Shown one piece after another: positions 49,212 through 60,232 of a stretch of 64,000 bases of DNA. Made by a program: the position numbers and the translations under genes. The notes under the pieces were generated by a model. It was not told the origin of the DNA. It saw only the letters and a program-made list of their open reading frames with translations, and did no database searches. This DNA comes from an uncultured candidate division Zixibacteria bacterium (lineage in GTDB: Bacteria; Zixibacteria; MSB-5A5; GN15; FEB-12). The DNA lies in the NCBI GenBank assembly GCA_963806185.1, contig CAWDXE010000001.1, positions 640,001 through 704,000 of the forward strand. Direction: 5' to 3'. Within the stretch, counting starts at the first letter, position 1. Every line of letters starts with the position of its first letter.

Positions 49212-50963
49212 ATGTTGCGTAAAGCTCTCTTGACGTTCACGCTCCTGCTCGCACCGGCGTTCGCCTTTGGACAGGTGTCCGAGGCCGGCAAACCGGTCAA
49301 GCAGGTATTCGACGCCGACATAGTCGGCGCAATGACTTTTCACGCGGACACCGTTTATGTCCTGAATGGATTTGTCTTTGTCGACTCCGGCGAAGTGCTC
49401 ACCGTTCAATCCGGCACCATCATCAAGGGTCAGCCGGGCACGGGCGCCAACGCCACCGCGCTGATTGTCTCGCGTTTCGGCAAGCTCATGGCTGCCGGTA
49501 CACAGTCTGCGCCTATTATCTTCACGGCTCTCTCTGATGACGTGGATAATCCGACTGATCTGCCCGACGATGCCTCATCGAAGGGTCTCTGGGGTGGCGT
49601 CGTTCTCCTGGGCCTGTCGCACATAAGTGTGGCCGGCGACTCAAATTTTGTGGAGGGTATTCCTGTCGCGACCTACGGCGCTCGCATAGCCTACGGTCCG
49701 GGGAGTAGTTACACTGGCAATGATGACGATAATTCCGGCGTCTTGCAGTACGTGTCCATCCGCTATCCCGGTTCCGTATTGGCGCCCAATAACGAGATCA
49801 ACGGTCTGACGTTTGGGGCAGTGGGTCGCGGAACCACCATCGACCACATTGAGGTGTTTTATTCGGCGGATGATTCCTACGAGTGGTTTGGCGGTACCGT
49901 CAATTGCCGCTATCTCGTATCTGCTTTTGACGACGATGACGCGTTTGACACGGATGAAGGGTATCGCGGCGTGCGCCAATTCGTGTTCGAGATAAAAGAC
50001 CCGCGCTGGGGTGACCGGCTGACCGAAAACGACGGCGGTAACGCCAATTGTTTCTCGTGCACGCCGTATGCGCGGGCGGTTTTGGCCAATGCCACCATGA
50101 TAGGACAGGGAGCCTCCGGTTCAAGCGGTGGCACACGCGACCGCATGACTTGGCGTGACTACGCCGGCGCGTACATTTATAACAACATATTTACCGAGGT
50201 TCCGAAAGATTTCTTGGAGATCGAAGTAAAGGGTGGCGATGCAGGCATCGATGGAATCACATCCTCGACTCGCTGGTTGCCGAGCGGCCAGGGTTCGCTG
50301 GTCGATTTTGCGGGAACACCGCAATTCGATTTCGTGAAGAACTTCTTCTTCAAGGCAGGCAACGCCGGCCCGACCCGCCAGCGGATTTACGCAACCGGGG
50401 ATTCAACCACGGCTCCGTTGTCAACTTCCCGCGTCCGAAGCGACATCTTCACCGCCGGTGACACGACCATCACCGGTAAGAATCAGGTGCTGGATCCAGA
50501 AATCCAGTTTATCGATTGGACCCGCAGTCAATTGCTCGATCCCCGTGTCAAGACGACCGGTCCGGCCGCAACCGGAGCCGCTGCGGTTCCGGCATACGCT
50601 GACCCCAGCGGGTTCATTCAACCAGTTACCTATCGCGGTGCCTTTGATCCGAGCCAATCGCTCACTTCCAGCTGGATTTGGGGCTGGAGTTTCCTCTCCT
50701 TCGGCGGTTTCCTGAATCCGACGGGTGGCGGTTGCTGCATCGCCAACGTGGGGAATGTCGATAACGACCCTGGGGATCAAGTCGATATCGGCGACTTGAC
50801 AGCCCTGATCAACAACCTGTTCATCACCTTCGAGCCAATAGCTTGCGTAGCCGAAGCCAATTGCGATGGCGACCCAGGCAACAACATCGACATCGGTGAT
50901 CTTACCGCCCTGATCAACAACCTGTTCATTACCTTTGATCCGCTTCCTGCTTGCCAGAACTAG
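49212..50963 (+). CDS. Secreted beta-helix protein (usual TonB-receptor partner type) with dockerin-like CTD
   Basis: Signal peptide; 'PIIFT', 'WGGVVLLG', 'DNSG.LQYV.I.Y.G...NEINGLT.G.VG.GT.IDHIEV..DD..EWFGG'; CTD. Confidence 0.82.
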   Translation: MLRKALLTFTLLLAPAFAFGQVSEAGKPVKQVFDADIVGAMTFHADTVYVLNGFVFVDSGEVLTVQSGTIIKGQPGTGANATALIVSRFGKLMAAGTQSAPIIFTALSDDVDNPTDLPDDASSKGLWGGVVLLGLSHISVAGDSNFVEGIPVATYGARIAYGPGSSYTGNDDDNSGVLQYVSIRYPGSVLAPNNEINGLTFGAVGRGTTIDHIEVFYSADDSYEWFGGTVNCRYLVSAFDDDDAFDTDEGYRGVRQFVFEIKDPRWGDRLTENDGGNANCFSCTPYARAVLANATMIGQGASGSSGGTRDRMTWRDYAGAYIYNNIFTEVPKDFLEIEVKGGDAGIDGITSSTRWLPSGQGSLVDFAGTPQFDFVKNFFFKAGNAGPTRQRIYATGDSTTAPLSTSRVRSDIFTAGDTTITGKNQVLDPEIQFIDWTRSQLLDPRVKTTGPAATGAAAVPAYADPSGFIQPVTYRGAFDPSQSLTSSWIWGWSFLSFGGFLNPTGGGCCIANVGNVDNDPGDQVDIGDLTALINNLFITFEPIACVAEANCDGDPGNNIDIGDLTALINNLFITFDPLPACQN

Positions 50964-51023
50964 GGAGTGATGGGCAAAAGAATAATCTGACGTAACAAGT
51001 TCCCTCTTCCATCCTGTTCACGC

Positions 51024-51055
51024 CGGCCACCTTCGCAGTCATGCGGGGGTGGCCG
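51024..51055 (+). terminator. Stem-loop after 49212..50963
   Basis: cggccaccttcgca-gtca-tgcgggggtggccg. Confidence 0.55.
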
Positions 51056-51379
51056 TAATTGTGCCCCGTGACTTCTGACCAGGCAGAAGACGTCTCATAA
51101 ACGCAGTTATTAACTACAACCTCTATCCCGTTTAGTCTGCTTCGCACTCTGTTGTCACTTCCTGGCCAATGCCTGACATTCAACGCACCATCGGGCGAGC
51201 CTTCCTCACGCCTACGCCCTGTTTTTGCTTGCATACAAAGGACACTGATTCGTCTGTACATAGAGTTGTGTGCGGTGGGTTATACCCGGGGCATGGAATG
51301 CGCCTCCAACCGGAGCAGCGAGCGGTAGCTGAGCTACGGAATTGACCGTCAGGTAGGTCCTTCATAACTCGCACCACTC

Positions 51380-52351
51380 GTGAATGACAGTTCAACCAAG
51401 GAGCCCCATTACGTGAGACAGTCTTCGTGGCATACGGCATATCTAGCCTCTTATCTTCTGGTCGCCCTGGCCGTTAGTGGAATGGCCCAAACTGATAAAC
51501 GCGACATACTCAACGTGCCCTTTACACAGGAAAGGCATCGCGTCATCATTCCGACATCGGTGAACGGTTCGCGGCCACTCAAGCTGATACTCGATACTGG
51601 TATGAAATTTGACGGCGTATACCTGTTTCATCGAGAGGCGATAAACCTCATCGATACTACCGGAGCTATCGAAGTTCGGGTTGGCGGTGCCGGAAGTGGT
51701 GAAGCCTCCAAAGCGACCATGATCGAGACCGGTCGCCTGGTCTTTGGCGATGTCTCTCTTTCCAACCAGCGTATAGTGATCTCGCACAGCGATCAGACTC
51801 AGACCTTTTCAACCGATGGCGTGATCGGGTGGAATCTGTTTGGTCACTACATTGTCGAGATCGATTATGATCAGGAGCTGATTTTCCTGCACGACACAGC
51901 GCAAGTGCTGTCAGATTCGAATTGGCAGGTCATTTCGATTGACCTGAAGAAGGACCTTCCGTTTCTCCCGGTGACGGTTGAGGTCACGGCGGGCGAGGTA
52001 GTCCCGATGAGCGTGTACATTGACCTGGCGTCCGAAGAAGCTCTCGAGTTGCTCGTTCACGGAAAACAGAAATTCACGATGCCCGATAGCCTCACCGAGA
52101 GTCATCTCGGAGTGGGCTTGAGTGGTGACATATACGGCCAATATGGAAAGACATTACGGGTGAGCATCGGCAAGTACGAGCTGAGCGGCGTGCGCACAGC
52201 TTTCGCCCCCGCCCAAACAAGATCGAAGCAGGAAGGCGCCGATGGTATTCTTGGAAACAACTTCATACGGCGCTTCAATGTCATCTTTGACTACCCCCAT
52301 AAACGCCTGTATCTAAGGCCCAACAAGGCATTTAGCTCGCCGTTTGACTGA
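51380..52351 (+). CDS. Two-domain retropepsin-like aspartic protease
   Basis: 'LILDTG'..'DGVIG'..'IDY' and second lobe 'VYIDLA'..'DGILG.NF..RFNV.FDY'; start uncertain. Confidence 0.78.
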   Translation: MNDSSTKEPHYVRQSSWHTAYLASYLLVALAVSGMAQTDKRDILNVPFTQERHRVIIPTSVNGSRPLKLILDTGMKFDGVYLFHREAINLIDTTGAIEVRVGGAGSGEASKATMIETGRLVFGDVSLSNQRIVISHSDQTQTFSTDGVIGWNLFGHYIVEIDYDQELIFLHDTAQVLSDSNWQVISIDLKKDLPFLPVTVEVTAGEVVPMSVYIDLASEEALELLVHGKQKFTMPDSLTESHLGVGLSGDIYGQYGKTLRVSIGKYELSGVRTAFAPAQTRSKQEGADGILGNNFIRRFNVIFDYPHKRLYLRPNKAFSSPFD

Positions 52352-52515
52352 ACATTGTACCGGAAAGAAGCCCATGAAAAGCTGTGCAGAGAGAGCTGCC
52401 CTGATGGGGCAAGTTGGCCGGCACGAGTCATTGCAGCGACTCATCCGGTGAGCCCATTCCTGCCCGCGCTCCTGCTGAACGCAATCTACGAGTAACAGGG
52501 TCCAGTCCCTGTACG

Positions 52516-52989
52516 TCACCCTTTCTTGTTCAATGGCAACGTGAACTTCGCGGCCTTATACCATCCGCGCGCCACTGACGGCACTAGTTTGAATACGGTG
52601 TGATCCGGTGAATCGTAGCCGCCCTGATAATACTGCTCCCATCCCTTCTGCCAGATCGCCTTCTTAATCTTCAAATCCTTGACAATTTGTATCCGTCCGC
52701 CAAGCATGAGACCGTGAAACTTCTTCGAGTCGCAGTAATAGACGGAGACGTATGGATGCTTCATCACGTGTTTTACCTTGTCCGAAGACGTATTGGTAGT
52801 GAAATAGGCGACCAGTTCCCCCTTTTGCGCCGCAAAGAACTTGACCAGGGACGGGTAGTCCCTGCGATTTCTCAAATTGAGCATTGCCCGGGTGAAGGGA
52901 ATGCCATGTCCGCTCACGGTCGTGAAGTAGACTGATGCCGAGGTCTGCAACAGACGTCGGCTTGATTCAAGGAGTTGTTTCCGGTTCAT
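52516..52989 (-). CDS. Pyridoxamine 5'-phosphate oxidase-like (general stress protein 26 type) flavin-binding protein
   Basis: 'G.P.TRAM', 'YFTTNTSS.KV....P..SVYYC....GLML.G', 'K.AIW..GW..YY..G..PD..V'. Confidence 0.85.
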   Translation of the reverse strand: MNRKQLLESSRRLLQTSASVYFTTVSGHGIPFTRAMLNLRNRRDYPSLVKFFAAQKGELVAYFTTNTSSDKVKHVMKHPYVSVYYCDSKKFHGLMLGGRIQIVKDLKIKKAIWQKGWEQYYQGGYDSPDHTVFKLVPSVARGWYKAAKFTLPLNKKG

Positions 52990-53359
52990 AAAGGCTCCGC
53001 ATCTTATTGGTGATTCCTAAATCCGATACCCAATCGCGGCCGTAATGTCAATCAGAATAATGGTGTCGGGAGTCCGGTTTTCCGCAGAGCCGATGATTGC
53101 CATGTTCTCCTTCGGTCCGGAAACGACCAAGAGCGCCAAATCTCGCCTCTGTGCCAGGGTCAGAGTGATCACTCTTCCCGAGATGACTCCGAAAACTCAG
53201 AGTTGACTTGCCACGGGAATTTGTTCATTCTGCTAAATGATTATGCGAAACTCGGATGCGTGCTTTCTCGCATTGTACAGGCTTGCGACTATGGATCTCG
53301 CGTCGAGGAACGGAAGCTATGCCGACGGGTCCAGCCTGTAGGTTGTTGCAGGTAATATT

Positions 53360-56300
53360 ATGTCGTCTACTCGATCAAAACTCTTGTTGGTTCTTCGAAG
53401 CTACAGCCAGTTCGGATTCCAGATATCCCGAAAATCATGGGACTGGCTGGAACTTCCGGAACTCATGAGTTCGCCTCCCGGTGAAACACCTGCAGCAGAG
53501 ATCTACCAGTTGCGTCGGTTGGCCGATCGAGTCAACGAGAAACGTTCCCAGGGCGCTCAATCACCTGACCTGATTCACGGGGGCGAGTTGGCTTCCGTAA
53601 GCTTCATTGTCGATGCGTTTCGCTACGTCATGGAAGTATATAGCCAGAACGAACAACCCGGCGTGATACACCGGGGGCTTGACGCGACCGCTCAACAGCT
53701 TGGCCCGGTGACGGTGACCGAACCTCCCCCTTCGTTCGTCAGGCTCTTTCCTCCGATTCCGGTGCTTCAGGGCAGTCAGACCGTCGCGGAATACGTGAAC
53801 GGCGCCATGAGTGCCTCGCTGTCCTTCGACCGAATCGTGCGTGAGATAATCCTCTTGTCTCTCTCCACGTCAGACCCGGCTTTCCGGCCGTTTCAGGTCC
53901 TGTTCGATGACCGCGACCTCAAGGGCGAGGCGCCGTATGTTCCATTGGTGAAGGGGTTGGAACAGTTTTTCGCCCAGCAGTCGCCGTTCGCACCGGTCGG
54001 CCTCACGCTTTTTGATTGCCTGTATGCACCCATACGCGCCTACCCCACCTCCTTGCGAGACCAGGTCAATTACATCCGCACTCACTGGGCCCATTTTCTC
54101 CCGGAGGAGCTCCTGGCAAGAGCGCAGCTGGCGCTCGATGTCCTGGAGGAGGAGCAGACCCTTCGCGGCCATGGCCCCGGCTTAAGCGAACCACTCCGGT
54201 TTGACAGTGATATTCACCGGAAGTACCTCGGCTATTCTGAAACGGCCGCCTTCAGCCAGGATGCAGACTGGATGTCCAACACCATCCTGATTGCCAAGAC
54301 GGTCTATGTGTGGCTGTATCAGCTCTCGCGCAAGTATCAGCGTGATATTCATCTGTTGAGCGATATCCCCGACGAGGAGCTCGACCGTCTTTCGGCCTGG
54401 GGGATTACCGGACTGTGGCTAATCGGTATCTGGGAACGATCGTCGGCGTCGCGCCACATAAAGCAGATCATGGGCAATCCTGAGGCGGCATCGTCAGCGT
54501 ACTCGCTATATGATTATGTCATAGCCTACGATTTGGGCGGCGAAGAGGCTTTTCAACAGCTTAAGCATCGTGCCTGGCAGCGTGGCATCCGGCTGGCCAG
54601 TGATATGGTCCCCAATCACATGGGGATTTACTCAAAGTGGATGATCGAGCATCCCCAGTGGTTCATGCAGAGCGACTACCCGCCCTTCCCGGCATATCAA
54701 TTTACCGGCGTCGATCTATCCGAAGATCAACGAGTCTGCATTCAAATTGAGGACGGCTATTGGCAGCATCGCGACGCTGCGGTAGTTTTCAAGCGAATTG
54801 ATCGATGGACAGGTGATACGAGGTATATCTATCACGGCAATGACGGCACCAGTATGCCGTGGAATGACACCGCGCAGTTGAATTTCCTGTTGCCCGATGT
54901 GCGCGAGGCGGTCATCCAGATGATTCTCCACGTAGCTCGCAAATTCCCGATCATCCGTTTTGACGCCGCCATGACGCTGGCGAAAAAGCATTTCCAGCGA
55001 CTGTGGTTTCCTCAGCCGGGCGACGGCGGGGCTATCCCCTCCCGTGCCGGGCTCGGCATGACCAGGGAGGATTTCGACCTTGTCATGCCCAAGGAGTTCT
55101 GGCGGGAAGTGGTTGATCGAATGGCTCATGAACTGCCGGACACGCTTCTTCTGGCCGAGGCCTTCTGGCTGATGGAAGGGTACTTTGTCCGGACGCTGGG
55201 TATGCACCGGGTCTACAACAGCGCTTTCATGAACATGCTCCAGACGGAAGACAACGCCAACTATCGCATGACGATCAAGAATGTGCTGGAATTCAGCCCC
55301 GAAGTACTCAAGCGCCTCGTCAATTTCATGAACAACCCCGACGAGCGCACGGCGGTGGATCAATTCGGCCGGGATGACAAGTACTATGGTGTAGCCGTCA
55401 TGATGGTCACCATGCCCGGGCTGCCTATGTTCGGTCACGGTCAGATTGAGGGGCTGGCCGAAAAGTACGGCATGGAGTATCGACGCGCGTATTGGGATGA
55501 ACCTGTTGACGAGGCTATGGTGCATCGTCACGAGACTGAGATATTCCCGCTCATGCGACGGCGTCACATCTTCAGTGGAGCCACCAATTTTGCTCTCTTC
55601 GACTTCATTACACCGGGCGGTTGGGTTGATGAAAACGTTTTTGCGTATTCCAACCGGGTTGGCTCAGAGCGCGCCATTATCATATACAACAATGCGTATA
55701 CTACTACCCGCGGCGCTATTCACCGGTCTACCGCCATCAATATTGGCGATGGCGCTCAAACGACGCTGGTCCGTCGCACATTGGCTGAAGCGCTTGATCT
55801 CAACACCGGTGACAATTCGATCTACGCGTTTCGGGATTATCGGACCGGGTTGGAGTACATCCGCTCGGGTCGCCAACTGTCCGAACAGGGGCTGTTTGCG
55901 GAGTTGCACGCCTATCAGTATCACGCGTTCCTGGACTTTCGACATCTTGATGACTCGAACGGCAGTTGGCGTGAGCTGGAGCGACGCCTCGGTGGCGCCG
56001 GCGTCTCCAATCTCGAGGATGTCTACCGCGAGTTGCAGGTCGAGCCGATTCTCGGACCCTACCGGGAACTCATGAATGCGGCGGTAGTACGTGAGCTTCT
56101 GACCGACCGTTCCAAGGTACCCGACCAGGTTGGGACGGCCATCAGGATTTTTTTCGAATCGGTCGGGCGAGCCACAAACTCTCCTGCTCAGGTCGAACCA
56201 CTGGTTCAGAGGTTTATGACACGCTTGAAGATCAAGGAGTCGAGCCGGCCTGCCCCCGTCACGAAAGTGAAATCACGCAAACCGAAGGTCGAGGACTCGC

Positions 56301-56839
56301 GCGGGGAACGGCTGGCGGCATCGGAACTTGCGCATGTCGCTTTCGCCTGGCTAACCCTTGAGCCGCTCGGAGAATTCCGCGCCGATCAACGTTCTGCGCC
56401 ACCGCCCGGACTTGCCGCGGCCCGGGTCGACCAATGGCTGCTACTGAGACCGATCAAGGCGGCCTTTGAAGAGTGGCTGTCGGACGGTGACACGGCTTAC
56501 TGGGATTCGCGCCTGGTGCTATTACTGCTATCGCATCCTGACTTGCTCACCCCTGGAGGGAGCCGCGCTATCGGTGAGTCCTTCAGGCAAGCCCTTCTCG
56601 ACACTGCAGTTCGCGACTACTTACAGGTTAACACGTATGAAAATGTGCTCTGGCTGAATAAGGACCGGCTGGAGCGGCTGACAGCGGCCCTGTACATGAC
56701 GACTCAGCTCGATACCAAGTCCGGACTCCCATCTTCGAAGACAACTGCCGCGGGGGCCAGGAAGAATGCCCAACGGCTGCTTGCTGCAGCAGACACTGCC
56801 GGCTACAGGGTTGAGACAATGATCGAACTTCTGGGTTGA
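53360..56839 (+). CDS. Large GH13 alpha-amylase-family protein
   Basis: 'LWLIGIW', region I 'DMVPNH', region II 'RFDAAM', region III 'AEAFW', region IV 'NNPDE', 'PGLPMF..GQ.EG'. Confidence 0.88.
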   Translation: MSSTRSKLLLVLRSYSQFGFQISRKSWDWLELPELMSSPPGETPAAEIYQLRRLADRVNEKRSQGAQSPDLIHGGELASVSFIVDAFRYVMEVYSQNEQPGVIHRGLDATAQQLGPVTVTEPPPSFVRLFPPIPVLQGSQTVAEYVNGAMSASLSFDRIVREIILLSLSTSDPAFRPFQVLFDDRDLKGEAPYVPLVKGLEQFFAQQSPFAPVGLTLFDCLYAPIRAYPTSLRDQVNYIRTHWAHFLPEELLARAQLALDVLEEEQTLRGHGPGLSEPLRFDSDIHRKYLGYSETAAFSQDADWMSNTILIAKTVYVWLYQLSRKYQRDIHLLSDIPDEELDRLSAWGITGLWLIGIWERSSASRHIKQIMGNPEAASSAYSLYDYVIAYDLGGEEAFQQLKHRAWQRGIRLASDMVPNHMGIYSKWMIEHPQWFMQSDYPPFPAYQFTGVDLSEDQRVCIQIEDGYWQHRDAAVVFKRIDRWTGDTRYIYHGNDGTSMPWNDTAQLNFLLPDVREAVIQMILHVARKFPIIRFDAAMTLAKKHFQRLWFPQPGDGGAIPSRAGLGMTREDFDLVMPKEFWREVVDRMAHELPDTLLLAEAFWLMEGYFVRTLGMHRVYNSAFMNMLQTEDNANYRMTIKNVLEFSPEVLKRLVNFMNNPDERTAVDQFGRDDKYYGVAVMMVTMPGLPMFGHGQIEGLAEKYGMEYRRAYWDEPVDEAMVHRHETEIFPLMRRRHIFSGATNFALFDFITPGGWVDENVFAYSNRVGSERAIIIYNNAYTTTRGAIHRSTAINIGDGAQTTLVRRTLAEALDLNTGDNSIYAFRDYRTGLEYIRSGRQLSEQGLFAELHAYQYHAFLDFRHLDDSNGSWRELERRLGGAGVSNLEDVYRELQVEPILGPYRELMNAAVVRELLTDRSKVPDQVGTAIRIFFESVGRATNSPAQVEPLVQRFMTRLKIKESSRPAPVTKVKSRKPKVEDSRGERLAASELAHVAFAWLTLEPLGEFRADQRSAPPPGLAAARVDQWLLLRPIKAAFEEWLSDGDTAYWDSRLVLLLLSHPDLLTPGGSRAIGESFRQALLDTAVRDYLQVNTYENVLWLNKDRLERLTAALYMTTQLDTKSGLPSSKTTAAGARKNAQRLLAAADTAGYRVETMIELLG

Positions 56840-56842
56840 AGC

Positions 56843-57169
56843 ATGAATTACACGGACTATGAACAGCGCTGTAAAGAGTTCACCGCTGCCGAGTGGCAGG
56901 CGCTGGAGGTACACCGGTACTACCTGTCGGAGCGGGCGGGACATGATGTCGGCATAGTCGCGACAGTCGAAGACTGGCTGCTTCACTATTCGGCTGACTG
57001 GCGCAAAGGAAGATTGCAGAAGGATCTCGACGACCAGGCCAAAGAGATTATGAAGCACAAGTGGATCGAATCCGAGAAGGCGGGAATTGACCTGGGGGAC
57101 TCGGCCGTTCTTGATTGGGTGCGAAAACACGCCTGCGAATGGCGGTGCTGGCGTGACCAGAGCCGGTAG
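56843..57169 (+). CDS. DUF4032-like protein (two internal repeats)
   Basis: 'HRYYLSERAGHDVG..DW' and 'HKWIESEKAGIDLG..DW'. Confidence 0.75.
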   Translation: MNYTDYEQRCKEFTAAEWQALEVHRYYLSERAGHDVGIVATVEDWLLHYSADWRKGRLQKDLDDQAKEIMKHKWIESEKAGIDLGDSAVLDWVRKHACEWRCWRDQSR

Positions 57170-57562
57170 GCGATTGGCTTGACCGGGCACCCGCCCGGCT
57201 GATACATTTTGATACAATCCTCTTCTTCCATTAGGGCAGCATCGCCCTTATCCATATTCTCATTAGTTCACGTTAAGAGACTAGCACACTGTCTGGCGCA
57301 TGAAGTCAAATCCGCGATCCTATCCGATGCTGTTTCTATGGCCGTCCATGAGAATTGCCATGGCAGTGCGCGTGTCGTTTCCGAATTAGGTAATTGACCG
57401 ATTATCATCCAGGGCAATTGCGGCGCTTCTGGGTGTTCGGGATGGCCGCATAGCCTCAACTATTGAATCAAGGGAGGAATCTCAATGGCAGAGTTTTGAT
57501 GCGTTTTGGTTATCCGTGTAACACAACCCTCACAGTGTTCATGAAAGGAAGAAGGTAGGTCA

Positions 57563-60166
57563 ATGAGAGTAATAACTACATTACTATTGGTTGTTGTATT
57601 AGTCAACTTCGCCTTCGCCGCCGAGGACTTCAAAATCGGACAGACGTGTTCCTCTCCGACGACCGACGAATACGCCCCGGGCGAAATCATTGTGAAGTTC
57701 CATGACGGCGTAACCCGCTCGGAAGTCAGCGCCGTACTGGCCGATCTCGGCACCTCTCTCATTTCAACCAACACTCAGATTGGGATCAATCTACTGGCCA
57801 TCCCGGCCGACAAGACGGTCGAAGAAATGGTTGCGGCTTACAGGAGCCGTCCGGACGTCGAGTACGCCGAACCGAACTATATTGCCCATGCGTTCATGAC
57901 CCCGAACGATCCTTACTACACGTATCAGTGGCATATGCCTTTGATCAACATGCCGGCCGCCTGGGATCAGTCGACCGGTTCGGGTGTGGTCGTAGCAGTG
58001 ATTGACTGCGGCGTCGCCTACGAGACTTATGGCGCGTACACGCAGGCCCCTGATCTGGCCGGCACCACGTTTGTCCAGGGGTACGATTACGTAAATAACG
58101 ACACCCACCCGAATGACGACTGCGCCCACGGGACACACGTAGCGGGCACGATCGCTCAGACGACCAACAACAGCCTTGGGGTGACCGGCGTTGCGTTCAA
58201 CTGCAGTATCATGCCGGTGAAGGTCCTCGATGCGTCGGGAAATGGCACCTATACCGCCATCGTTAACGGCATCACCTATGCGGCCGATCATGGAGCCAAG
58301 GTGATCAATATGAGTCTTGGCGGCTCGTCCGGCTCTACTGCCCTGCAAAACGCCGTAATTTATGCCTACAATCTCGGCGTCACGATCGTTTGCGCCGCCG
58401 GAAATACAGGGACATCGGTCCCGCAGTATCCCGCGTCGTACACTCAGTGCATCTCCGTCTCCGCAGTCCGCTATGACAAGACGTATACTTCGTACACGTC
58501 ATATGGCTCCAACATCGACATCTGCGCCCCAGGCGGCGACGTGACCATCGATCAGAACGGTGATGGCTATGTCGACGGCGTGCTACAGCAGACACACGAC
58601 GGAACCAATTATGGAACCTTTGGCTACTACTTCTACGAAGGCACGTCGATGGCCTGTCCGCACGTGGCCGGCGTGGCCGCTCTGTTGATTGCCAAGAACG
58701 GCGGCACTATGACCCCCGCCGCTGTGCGTGCTGCCCTGCAGAACACCGCTCAGGACCTCGGCGCCACCGGCTGGGATCAGTATTACGGCTACGGTTTCCT
58801 TAACGCCAACGCCGCCCTGCTGTCGATTTCGACCAACAATCCACCGGTCGCTGCCTTCTCCGGCACGCCGACTTCTGGCACCTATCCGTTGGCGGTCACC
58901 TTCACCGACGCCTCGACCTACACTCCGACCAGTTGGGCATGGGACTTCGGCGACGGCGGTACCTCAACTGCCCAGAATCCCTCGCATACCTACACTGCGG
59001 CGGGTACATATACGGTCGTCCTTACGGCCACCAATGCCTATGGTTCCGACAGCGAGACCAAGGCCGGCTACATCACCGTGACGGCTCCGAATACGAATCC
59101 ACCGGTGGCCGCCTTCTCGGGCACGCCGACCTCGGGCAACGTGCCGCTGGCGGTGACCTTCACCGATGCCTCGACCAACACTCCGACGAGTTGGGCTTGG
59201 GACTTCGGTGATGGCGGCACTTCAACCGCCCAGAATCCCTCGCACACCTATACGGTGGCAGGAACTTACACCGTCACCTTGACGGCTACCAATGCCTACG
59301 GTTCTGATGGCGAGACCAAAACCGGCTACATCACGGCGTCCGCGGTGACCTCGCAGTGTGACGATTTCGCTGACGGCAATTACACTGGCTGGATCAACGC
59401 ATCCGGCACCTGGTCAGCGGCGAACTATTATCTGAAGGGTAACTCGACCACGACCACGGCCAGGTTGATATCACCCTTCGGCACGTTCTCGACCAATACG
59501 ATCACGTGCAATGTGCGGATGAACACCGGGCGGACAAACCGCAAGGCACGTATCATTTTTGGCTACACCAGCAGCACCAATTATCGCTATGCAGAATTTG
59601 ACGATGTCAACAATCGCGTCTACATCGGTGAGATTCTGAACGGCACCACATATACTCGAGCAAACGGAAGCTACACCTTCAGCTCGGCTACCTGGTACGC
59701 CGTCACGGTCAGCGTCGCGTCCAGTGGCACTGTTACCGCCAAGGTTGGCACCACCACGGTCGTATCCTACGCCTTCTCCGTTCGTACGGGGTCGGTTGGC
59801 GTCGGCTATAACCGATCCAACAGCGACTTCGATGACTACTGCGTGAGCGCGACAGCAAGCTGGGAGGATCAGGAGGCGCCGGTGGCCTCGTCGCTGACTC
59901 CAAGTACCTATGAGCTGGCGCAGAACTATCCGAACCCGTTTAACCCCGCCACAACCGTCAGTTTCACCCTGCCGGCGGCCGGTCAGGTTTCTCTCGAGGT
60001 CTACAACATTCTTGGTCAGCGCGTTGCTGTCCTCGCCGACGGCTACTTCGGTGCCGGCACCCATCAGGTAACCTGGGATGCTTCCAGTGTCTCCAGCGGT
60101 GTCTACCTGTATCGTCTGTCTGCCGGCGACTTCAATCAAACCCGCAAGATGCTCCTCGTGAAGTAG
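57563..60166 (+). CDS. Secreted S8 (subtilisin) serine protease with two PKD domains and a FlgD/T9SS-type C-terminal sorting domain
   Basis: Triad 'VAVIDCG', 'HGTHVAGTI', 'GTSMACPHVAG'; 'WDFGDG' PKD twice; 'LAQNYPNPFNP..YNILGQ.V..SSGVYLYRL..KMLLVK'. Confidence 0.93.
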   Translation: MRVITTLLLVVVLVNFAFAAEDFKIGQTCSSPTTDEYAPGEIIVKFHDGVTRSEVSAVLADLGTSLISTNTQIGINLLAIPADKTVEEMVAAYRSRPDVEYAEPNYIAHAFMTPNDPYYTYQWHMPLINMPAAWDQSTGSGVVVAVIDCGVAYETYGAYTQAPDLAGTTFVQGYDYVNNDTHPNDDCAHGTHVAGTIAQTTNNSLGVTGVAFNCSIMPVKVLDASGNGTYTAIVNGITYAADHGAKVINMSLGGSSGSTALQNAVIYAYNLGVTIVCAAGNTGTSVPQYPASYTQCISVSAVRYDKTYTSYTSYGSNIDICAPGGDVTIDQNGDGYVDGVLQQTHDGTNYGTFGYYFYEGTSMACPHVAGVAALLIAKNGGTMTPAAVRAALQNTAQDLGATGWDQYYGYGFLNANAALLSISTNNPPVAAFSGTPTSGTYPLAVTFTDASTYTPTSWAWDFGDGGTSTAQNPSHTYTAAGTYTVVLTATNAYGSDSETKAGYITVTAPNTNPPVAAFSGTPTSGNVPLAVTFTDASTNTPTSWAWDFGDGGTSTAQNPSHTYTVAGTYTVTLTATNAYGSDGETKTGYITASAVTSQCDDFADGNYTGWINASGTWSAANYYLKGNSTTTTARLISPFGTFSTNTITCNVRMNTGRTNRKARIIFGYTSSTNYRYAEFDDVNNRVYIGEILNGTTYTRANGSYTFSSATWYAVTVSVASSGTVTAKVGTTTVVSYAFSVRTGSVGVGYNRSNSDFDDYCVSATASWEDQEAPVASSLTPSTYELAQNYPNPFNPATTVSFTLPAAGQVSLEVYNILGQRVAVLADGYFGAGTHQVTWDASSVSSGVYLYRLSAGDFNQTRKMLLVK
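58838..59334 (+). repeat. Tandem 258-bp intragenic PKD duplication
   Basis: aatccaccggt.. units start at 58838 and 59096 and are near-identical at protein level. Confidence 0.85.
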
Positions 60167-60199
60167 TATCTCTCCGGGTTTCCGTTCGTCCAGTACGCA

Positions 60200-60232
60200 G
60201 CCGGGCGAGTCAGATGACTCGCCCGGTTCTTA
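60200..60232 (+). terminator. Rho-independent terminator
   Basis: ccgggcgagtca-ga-tgactcgcccgg followed by ttctt. Confidence 0.75.

Noticed and set aside
51083..51102. gcagaagacgtctcataaac, a possible highly degenerate family-A copy
   Set aside because: Only the central part resembles the consensus; no CCGCCA end and no Ala-stop tail, so it is not counted.
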